NCBI GenBank assembly: GCA_965223265.1
Contig: OZ244999.1
Span: forward strand, 1,408,001-1,472,000
Source: Planctomycetota bacterium
GTDB lineage: Bacteria; Planctomycetota; UBA8108; SXIK01
Reading direction: 5' to 3'
Length of the DNA stretch: 64,000 bases
Shown: piece by piece, positions 56,769-64,000 of the stretch
Position numbering within the stretch: position 1 is the stretch's first letter
How the letters are laid out: each line of letters opens with the position of its first letter
Position numbers and translations under genes: made by a program
The notes under the pieces: generated by a model
The model's input: only the letters and a program-made list of their open reading frames with translations
Databases searched by the model: none
What the model was told of the DNA's origin: nothing

Positions 56769-59700
56769 ATGGCGTTATTGATCGCTTTTCTTCACAGCGC
56801 CGAGGACCACAGCGTGCCGGACGATGCGGTCTTGTCGTCCTCTGACACCGCGCGCGCTGCTGCAATCCGCGAACGCTTCGACGCCGACGTTCAGCCGTTT
56901 TTGAAAAAGTACTGCCTACGTTGCCACAACGCCGAGGAGATGAACTCCGGCATTCGCGTCGATCAGCTCGATGGTGCTCTTGAGGATCGACGTCTCGCTC
57001 TCTGGAAAGGCATCCGCGAGCAGGTGACTGACGAGATGATGCCGCCCGACGACGAGCTGCAGCCGAGTGCTGAGGAGCGCCGGTTGCTCGCCGCGTGGAT
57101 CGACGATGGGCTTGCCATGGCGCTGGCGCGCGAGCGCGAGAAAAACGGCTCGGTCCGCCGCCTCACGGTGCCGCAGTACCGTAACACGCTGCGCGATCTC
57201 CTACGGCTTGACGAGAACCTCACCGACGTGCTGCCACCCGACAGCGTCAGCAAGGACGGTTTTCTCAACAACGGCGACGCTTTGCTGCTGCCGCCGCTCT
57301 TGGCGGAGTCTTATCTCGACATCGCCTCGACGGCGCTCGACCTTTGCATCGTCGATGAAATCGACCAGCCGGTGATTCAAAACTTCAGAGTCGACCTTGG
57401 AGACGGGATCAACCCTGAGCCCTGCCCCGACAAACTGATCCTCGGTGCACTCAGCCGTCTCTTGGAGAACGACGACTTCGTCGTCACCGAACTGCAACCG
57501 ACGAAGCCCTTCGAGTACACGCCACTCAAGATGCAAACCAAGTACCGGTTCATCGAGGGCTACGAGGGCAACGCAACGGTCCGTGGCTGGCGCGAGTATG
57601 ACAGCATCTATCACGCCGTGTTTGCGTGCGTACGCGGCACGGATGGGTACCCCAAAGGCCTGGCGCACGAAGCCATTCCGGCAGGACTTCTGCTGCGGCC
57701 TGCGACACCGACCTCGGAGGTGTTCGGGCAAGAGAGTACTTACGGACCGCGCGCGAACTTCAAGATTTCGCTGCGTGAGCTTCCGGAGCATGGTCGATTC
57801 AGGGTGACGGTGCGTGCCGCCAAGTACGACGACGGCTTGCTGCTCGAGTCCGACGTGGAGCCTCGAGGTGAAAGCGCTGCCGCGCTCGAGCTCCACGAAC
57901 CGGCAGAGTCGGAGTCGATCGATGTCGGCGACGCGGGGGTTTACCAGATCGACGTCTATTTGAAGCAGAGAGCCCAGGAAGTGGTGGCGCCCAATGTCGA
58001 CAACCTAGCGGAGAAGCTGCTCGGGGTCTGGGAGCTCGACGGCGATGTGGGGGAAGGATCTGGACGCATCGGAAGCCGCGGGGAAGTCGTCGGCGAGGCG
58101 GAGTTTGTCGACTCCCCTTTTGGACAAGCAGTGTCCCTTGGAAAGCGTGACGATGCCGTCGTCGTGCCGCGCGATCCGGCCATGAGTGTCGCCGGCGACC
58201 CGTTCACCGTCGCCTGCTGGATGCATCCCCGCGATCTGCGGCAGTCGGGACTCATCTCCTTTGGCGGCCATGTCTACACGCACGGCTGGCTTTTCGAGTT
58301 AGCGGACGGCCATGGCGCGATCCGAGTAAGAGCGGTAGACGCTGACGGCATGGTGAGCGGTGAAGTGACGTCACGCCGAGGTGTGATCCGATCCGGCCAG
58401 TGGCAACACGTCGCTGCGGTCGTCGGGCGCGGCGACGATGCGGCCGTGCTTTATGTCAACGGCTACGAGGTCGGACGCGGCACGGTCAAAGCAGCTGACC
58501 TCGACAACACCGAGGCGGCGATGCAAATCGGGAGGATTCCCGGCTCGGCACCCTTCATGGGAGAGATCGATTCCGTGCATCTCTATGGCCGTGCCCTCGA
58601 GCGCGCGGAGGTTCAAGCGCTCGTCGAGGTTGGCGGCGAGTTAGCGCAGGAGTTGCCTCCCGAGAAGCCGAAGGAGCTGCTCCTGCAGCTGGGCGACCGT
58701 CACTTTTCCGGCGTGCTCGATCGAACCGCCTTTCTCGCGGTGCGGCTGCACGCCGGCACTCTGAGCGTCAGGGCGCGCTACATGGGCCAATCCGCTTTCG
58801 TCGAGCGAATTGTCCTCACACCGCTGGGAGAGTCCGACCCGATCGCCCTCTTGTTCGAAGACTTCGAGAGACGTCGGCCACGTCTCGGTGTCCACGTCGG
58901 CCTGCGACGCGATTGCGGCAGCACGCTCAACCCAGTCGGCGCACCGCAGACTGTCGCGTCGACAGAGTTGACGTCGTATGTCTTCGACGGTGCGATCAGC
59001 AACTTCCCGAGTCCTGACGTCGAAAAAGACAACGTCAACTATCTAGCCGGTATCCGTGAGATCGGCGTGCGGAGTGAATACACTGACGGGCGTGACATGC
59101 CGCGCCTCCTCATCCGATCGGTCGAGTTCGAGGGCCCTCTTTACGAGACGTGGCCGCCGGAGACGCACCGCAGCATCTTCATCGAGACCGACTCTGAGAG
59201 CGCCGTCAACTCCGCCGCGTATGCCCGCGACGTCATTCGCTCGTTTGCGACCCGCGCGTTTCGGCGACCGCTCAGCGACGCTGAGTTGGCCTCGCTCTTC
59301 GCTGTATGGCAGGAATCTCTTGGAGAGGCGAACCCCTCTGATCGGTCCACCCAGGCATTTCGCCAGGCAGTCAAGGATGCCCTCACGGTTGTTTTGACGT
59401 CGCCGCAGTTTCTCTTTCTCATCGAAGAGAGCTCGACGCCGCAATCTGAACCAATCGGAGACTATGAGCTCGCATCAAAGCTCTCCTACTTTCTTTGGAA
59501 TGCGGCGCCGGATGCTCCGCTCTTGGCGCTTGCGGCGGCTGGCGAGCTGCGCCAATCGCTCGACGAACAAGTCGAACGAATGCTCAGTGACCCACGTGCT
59601 CATCAGTTCGCGAGCGAGTTCGCTTCGCAGTGGCTCAGCCTCGACAAGCTCGACGTGGTCGAAGTCGACCGTAAGCGCTTTCCGAAGCTCACGCCTTACA

Positions 59701-60449
59701 CGAAGGCAGCGCTGCGCGACGAACCGGTGCACTTCCTTCTGCATCTGCTGCGGCACAACCTGCCGCTGAAGAATCTGATTCATTCAGACTTCATCGTCGC
59801 CAACGAAATCGTCGCCAGTTACTACGGGCTTGCCGACCGCACCGAGAGCGGGTTCAACTTCGTGCCACTCACGCATGAAACCGCGCACCTCGGCGGCGTG
59901 CTTGCTCAGGCTGGCATTCTCGCAGGCCTCTCGAATGGCCGCGAGTCCAACCCCGTCAAACGGGGCGCCTGGCTGGCGCGCAAAATCATCGCCGAGCCAC
60001 CGGACGATCCGCCACCGAACGTGCCGGCGCTGCCCGAGGATGAAGGGGAAGAGCTGACGCTGCGTGAGAAACTCGAACGCCATCGCGACCAAAAGGGCTG
60101 CGCCAACTGCCACGCTGGGATTGATCCGTGGGGACTGCCGTTCGAGCAGTTCGACGCTGGTGGTCTTCTCCGTAGTGATGCAGCCGCGGTGGATGCGCGC
60201 TCGGTTTTACCGGACGAGACCGAGGTCGCCGGCGTCGACGAGCTCAAGGCCTACCTGACGAGCGATGGTATGGATCAGGTTGCTTTTAGCTTTCTCAAGC
60301 ACGTCGCCACGTACGCCACCGGCCGGACTCTCAGCTACAATGAGATTGAACTTCTGAAGCAGAAAGGGTTAGAGTTGAAGCCTGACGACTACCGAGTCCA
60401 GGACATGATGCGATTCGTCGTCAACAGCGAGCTCTTTCTTGAAAAGTAA
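56769..60449 (+). CDS. DUF1592-type planctomycete cytochrome c protein (DUF1587/1595/1592/1588/1585) with inserted LamG domain
   Basis: [50 protein letters not shown]. Start uncertain (56667-56769). Confidence 0.9.
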   Translation: MALLIAFLHSAEDHSVPDDAVLSSSDTARAAAIRERFDADVQPFLKKYCLRCHNAEEMNSGIRVDQLDGALEDRRLALWKGIREQVTDEMMPPDDELQPSAEERRLLAAWIDDGLAMALAREREKNGSVRRLTVPQYRNTLRDLLRLDENLTDVLPPDSVSKDGFLNNGDALLLPPLLAESYLDIASTALDLCIVDEIDQPVIQNFRVDLGDGINPEPCPDKLILGALSRLLENDDFVVTELQPTKPFEYTPLKMQTKYRFIEGYEGNATVRGWREYDSIYHAVFACVRGTDGYPKGLAHEAIPAGLLLRPATPTSEVFGQESTYGPRANFKISLRELPEHGRFRVTVRAAKYDDGLLLESDVEPRGESAAALELHEPAESESIDVGDAGVYQIDVYLKQRAQEVVAPNVDNLAEKLLGVWELDGDVGEGSGRIGSRGEVVGEAEFVDSPFGQAVSLGKRDDAVVVPRDPAMSVAGDPFTVACWMHPRDLRQSGLISFGGHVYTHGWLFELADGHGAIRVRAVDADGMVSGEVTSRRGVIRSGQWQHVAAVVGRGDDAAVLYVNGYEVGRGTVKAADLDNTEAAMQIGRIPGSAPFMGEIDSVHLYGRALERAEVQALVEVGGELAQELPPEKPKELLLQLGDRHFSGVLDRTAFLAVRLHAGTLSVRARYMGQSAFVERIVLTPLGESDPIALLFEDFERRRPRLGVHVGLRRDCGSTLNPVGAPQTVASTELTSYVFDGAISNFPSPDVEKDNVNYLAGIREIGVRSEYTDGRDMPRLLIRSVEFEGPLYETWPPETHRSIFIETDSESAVNSAAYARDVIRSFATRAFRRPLSDAELASLFAVWQESLGEANPSDRSTQAFRQAVKDALTVVLTSPQFLFLIEESSTPQSEPIGDYELASKLSYFLWNAAPDAPLLALAAAGELRQSLDEQVERMLSDPRAHQFASEFASQWLSLDKLDVVEVDRKRFPKLTPYTKAALRDEPVHFLLHLLRHNLPLKNLIHSDFIVANEIVASYYGLADRTESGFNFVPLTHETAHLGGVLAQAGILAGLSNGRESNPVKRGAWLARKIIAEPPDDPPPNVPALPEDEGEELTLREKLERHRDQKGCANCHAGIDPWGLPFEQFDAGGLLRSDAAAVDARSVLPDETEVAGVDELKAYLTSDGMDQVAFSFLKHVATYATGRTLSYNEIELLKQKGLELKPDDYRVQDMMRFVVNSELFLEK

Positions 60450-60469
60450 CCCTTCTTGAAAAGTAACCC
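60436..60469. repeat. 17-bp perfect tandem duplication spanning the stop codon
   Basis: TTCTTGAAAAGTAACCC twice. Confidence 0.9.
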
Positions 60470-60563
60470 GGAGACGCAGTCAGCGGCCTGCGCCGACTCC
60501 AATGTGACCGCGTCACCAAGGGAATGAGCGTTCGACAACCACGAACTCTGTGAGAAACCGAGT

Positions 60564-61904
60564 ATGGTCACGCCCCTCAAGCTTCATCGTCGTGCAGTTC
60601 TGAAAGGCTTCGCAGGTGCCACGCTGGCGCTGCCGGTTCTTGAGGCGATGGGGAAAGAGGTCGTCGAGACGCCGCCGCGGCGCTTCTGTGCGATCTATAC
60701 AGCGAACGGAATGTCGCTGCCGCGGGAGGAACATGGGATCGACGAGTGGAGCTGGTTTCCGCGGGCAGAGGAAAACGGCAAGTTCGTCTTCGGCAAGTCG
60801 ACCGCGCCATTGGCCCCATTCCGGGACCAGTTGAGTTTTCTCGGCGGCTTGTACCACGAAAACGGCCTTAAGGCTGACCCACACGTGTGCTCAGACATGT
60901 GGCTGACCGGGGCGCCGCTGCACAACCCACGCCCAGGAACTTACAACACGGCCGCCCTTGATCAAGTGGTCGCGCAGCACACCAAGCAGTTTTGTCGTCA
61001 ACCGTCGCTCGTCTTGTCGATCGACGCGGGGACTGGTTTTTTGTCGCGCACCGGGACGATCTCCTACAGCCTCGAAGGCAAACCGATTCCGGCCGAGAAT
61101 AGTCCACGGCGGATTTTCGATCGCCTGTTTCGCGAAGACAGGGCATCCCTCGAGGCACAGCGAGCGAATGTGAAACGACGGATCAAGCTGGTTGATGCAG
61201 TGCTTGAGAATGCGCGCCTCTTGAACAAGAAACTTGTGCGCTCTGATCGCGACAAGATGGATGAGTACCTGACGTCCCTGAATGAGATCGAGTCGCGCTT
61301 GATCGCCTCAGAGAAGTGGATCGACGTGCCGCTCAAGAAGCAGGAGCACTCGCATCTGAACCTCGATGTGACATCAGAGGACGATCCACACGAGTACTAC
61401 CGCAACATGTTCGACCTGATCGCCTTGGCGTTCGACGCCGACATCACGCGCAGCATCGCGTTCATGCTCAACCGCGAGGACGGCATGGGGATCAGCGACA
61501 CCTTCCCGCTCAAGCTCGGTCTCAGTCGAGCCCATCACAGCCTGTCGCATGCCGGCGACAAGGAAGGTCAGCTGGATTTCGCCAAGTACGACCTGTTCCT
61601 CAGCCAGCAGCTGGCGTACTTCTTCGAGCGGATGCAGGGCTACAAGGACAAGAGTGGTAGCGTGCTCGACAACACGATCGTGCTCTACGGTAGCGGAGCC
61701 AGCACAACGCACCTGCCGAAGAACCTGCCGACGCTCGTCGCTGGCGGTGCCAACATGGGGTTAAAGCATGGCACCTACTGGCGCGGTCGTGACACTCGCA
61801 TGGCGAACGTTTTTCTGAGCATTCTGCGCACGATGGACATCGAGACGCCGTCATTCGCTGACAGTACGGGCGTTGTCGACGGTTCGATCTTTTCGCGCGT
61901 GTAG
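60564..61904 (+). CDS. DUF1552 (HXXSHH) family protein
   Basis: RRAVLKG...[26 protein letters not shown]; follows the DUF1592 gene. Confidence 0.92.
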   Translation: MVTPLKLHRRAVLKGFAGATLALPVLEAMGKEVVETPPRRFCAIYTANGMSLPREEHGIDEWSWFPRAEENGKFVFGKSTAPLAPFRDQLSFLGGLYHENGLKADPHVCSDMWLTGAPLHNPRPGTYNTAALDQVVAQHTKQFCRQPSLVLSIDAGTGFLSRTGTISYSLEGKPIPAENSPRRIFDRLFREDRASLEAQRANVKRRIKLVDAVLENARLLNKKLVRSDRDKMDEYLTSLNEIESRLIASEKWIDVPLKKQEHSHLNLDVTSEDDPHEYYRNMFDLIALAFDADITRSIAFMLNREDGMGISDTFPLKLGLSRAHHSLSHAGDKEGQLDFAKYDLFLSQQLAYFFERMQGYKDKSGSVLDNTIVLYGSGASTTHLPKNLPTLVAGGANMGLKHGTYWRGRDTRMANVFLSILRTMDIETPSFADSTGVVDGSIFSRV

Positions 61905-61959
61905 CTCGCGCCGATCTGGATCTTGGAGACGATATGCCCTCTCGTGGGCGTCGTCGAAT

Positions 61960-62955
61960 TCACGCCACGAACCATGCATCGCCGCCAGCTGTGTAGCCTC
62001 CTGACTCGAGCTGCGGCCGGATCACGTCTCGGGCGCCTTCGGCACCGACAGCCACCAGGATCGGCGTGCCGTCGGCTGGAGGCAGATCGCGTGGATGCGC
62101 CGTCTCGACGCCGTGGATCTTGACGCCAACTTTGCGTTCGTCGATGTCGTAACCATGCCGTACATGGATGCCACGCTCCTGGAGCCAGCGGAGCCATGGT
62201 TTTCCAGTATTCCCCAGGCCCCACAGGTCGACCTCGTCGACGTCTTTGAGCGGGCCACGCAATAAGTGTTCGCGGCGGCAACGCTCGAAGCCTTCCGGTG
62301 AATATCGTCCGTCGCGGCGTGTCAGTCGATTTTCACTGTCATGCCAATCGAACAAAACGTGCTGCACCTTGCCGAATCGTTGCTGGCGCTGCGCCGCACG
62401 CAGCATGAGATCATAGTCCTCGGGAAAGTCTCCGTTGCGGTAGCCGAGCTCGAAGAAGTGCCGCTTTGCCAGGATCGTCGGGTTGACGAGCGGGTACTCA
62501 ACGAAGCGTAGCGCCAGGATGTCGACTGCGTTCGCAGTCTCGTCGTTGATCCACGCCTCGTAGCGCTGCAGCGATGGAACCGCTGAGCCGCAGGCGTCGA
62601 GGATGCGGACGCAGCAACCGACGGCGTCGAAATCGCCGTCGCAGAGAAAACGCAGTTGGGTCTCGAGTCGTTCGGGGTGGGAGACATCGTCGGCGTCCAT
62701 GCGCGCGATGTAGGAAGCCGTGGCAACTGCGGTGGCTGTGTTGGCGGCCGCTGTCACACCACGATGGGGCTGCTCGATCACGCGAAGGCGCGGATCTTTG
62801 AAGCTGCGAAGTCTCAGAAGAGTGTCGTCGGTCGAACCATCGTCGACGACGATCAGCTCCAAATCCGTGAAGCTCTGATCAAGAATCGACCGTACGGCGC
62901 GCTCGACGGTGGCGCCGCCATTGAAGACCGGCAGTACGACAGAGACTTTAGTCAT
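61960..62955 (-). CDS. Family 2 glycosyltransferase
   Basis: VSVVLPVFN, VDDGSTD, ARMDADD, PEDYDL. Confidence 0.92.
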   Translation of the reverse strand: MTKVSVVLPVFNGGATVERAVRSILDQSFTDLELIVVDDGSTDDTLLRLRSFKDPRLRVIEQPHRGVTAAANTATAVATASYIARMDADDVSHPERLETQLRFLCDGDFDAVGCCVRILDACGSAVPSLQRYEAWINDETANAVDILALRFVEYPLVNPTILAKRHFFELGYRNGDFPEDYDLMLRAAQRQQRFGKVQHVLFDWHDSENRLTRRDGRYSPEGFERCRREHLLRGPLKDVDEVDLWGLGNTGKPWLRWLQERGIHVRHGYDIDERKVGVKIHGVETAHPRDLPPADGTPILVAVGAEGARDVIRPQLESGGYTAGGDAWFVA

Positions 62956-63236
62956 CGGAAAACGATGTGGAAGGCTAGGACTGGCGCCGCTTCTTCAGCT
63001 GCATTCTCTTCTCGTTTTGGTCCTTGTCGGTGCGGTCAGCCGTTGTGAGGTTCAAAGGTTTCCCGGGACGCCGGTACTCAACGCGTGCTCGACCTCATAG
63101 AATCTCTACAGACAGAGCGCCGCTTGCGGTTTCTCGTCCAGCACATCGTCATACCACCGTCGCGTCGGCGGAAGCAAGCTTGTCACCTTGATCGACGAAT
63201 CTGAGAATGATGTTCACCACCAGAGGCATTGCCACC

Positions 63237-64000
63237 ATGAGATCTCTTGTAGCCACTTTGAGTCTACTCTGCTGTCCGACGGCATTTGCTGACAGCGCCT
63301 GGCTAAACATGAGCCACGCCGCGGTCGTTTCGCGCGCCGACGCTGAGCCGGTCGAAGCTGTCGCGACCACCGTGCTGGTCGAAGAGCTCGAGCGCCGCGC
63401 GGGAGTCGAGCTGAAGCGAGTGACTCAATGGGATGGTACGCACAGCGCCATCGTCGTCACGACCCAGGATGGTGCCGACGCTTGGAAGCGCGCACCCCAG
63501 CAGCCATCCGCGGACGATGCGCCGGAGCTCCGCCCCGAGGGGTATCGACTGCTCGCAGACAATCGTAATCCGCAGGCGCCGGTCGTCTGGGTCATCGGTG
63601 CGGATCCGCGTGGCGCGCTCTACGGTGTTGGCGCGCTCCTGCGCAGCACGCGTTGGGGCGCCCAGCGTGTCGACGTCCCAGCGGATCTCGATGTTGCCAC
63701 GGCGCCGGTCTCCGAGATTCGCGGCCACCAACTTGGCTTTCGCGCGCGCGCGAACTCGTGGGATGCATGGACGCCGGAGCAGTTCGATCAGTACATCCGC
63801 GAGCTCGCTCTGTTCGGCATCAACTCCATCGAGAACATTCCGTTCGAAGACGAGCGCACCAACCCCCTCATGAAGCGCGATCGTCGCACGATGAACCGAG
63901 CGCTCAGTGGCATCTGCAAGCGCTACGGCCTCGATTATTGGGTGTGGACGCCCGCGGTCTTCGACTTGAACGACACGAAGCTGCGCACGCAGCTCTTGGA
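63237..64000 (+). CDS. Secreted glycoside-hydrolase-like protein (GH20 domain-2/GH67 N-terminal-like + TIM barrel), 3'-truncated
   Basis: Open frame from ATG 63237: MRSLVATLSLL..., PEGYRL, VIGADPRGALYGVGALLR, IRGHQLG, YIRELALFGINSIE; runs off the window. Confidence 0.8.
   Translation, partial: MRSLVATLSLLCCPTAFADSAWLNMSHAAVVSRADAEPVEAVATTVLVEELERRAGVELKRVTQWDGTHSAIVVTTQDGADAWKRAPQQPSADDAPELRPEGYRLLADNRNPQAPVVWVIGADPRGALYGVGALLRSTRWGAQRVDVPADLDVATAPVSEIRGHQLGFRARANSWDAWTPEQFDQYIRELALFGINSIENIPFEDERTNPLMKRDRRTMNRALSGICKRYGLDYWVWTPAVFDLNDTKLRTQLL

Overview
GC-rich bacterial chromosomal window, most likely Planctomycetota. Support for that call: a PSD1/PSCyt + DUF1501 pair, a DUF1592 + DUF1552 pair, two sulfatases, two ECF sigma/anti-sigma pairs, and Cys-rich dockerin-like domains. 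It holds about 33 CDSs, mostly secreted or surface proteins. I found no rRNA, tRNA, CRISPR array or intact transposase. Main observations: (1) a ~160-175 bp fold-back miniature mobile element in two near-identical copies with 4-bp target duplications and a variable central loop, one copy cleanly interrupting a dockerin-VWA gene; (2) a decayed GxxExxY nuclease fragment enclosed by 9-nt-periodic direct and inverted repeats, with a gene-less hairpin of similar design at 15.2 kb; (3) a bacterial homologue of the eukaryotic EEF1AKMT1/N6AMT2-type methyltransferase; (4) a PolX N-terminus fused to DUF72; (5) a ~2980-aa adhesin ending in its own predicted beta-barrel; (6) several unusual domain fusions and insertions. 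Three single-base frameshifts may be sequencing errors. All family assignments come from motif recognition by eye; no database searches were run.
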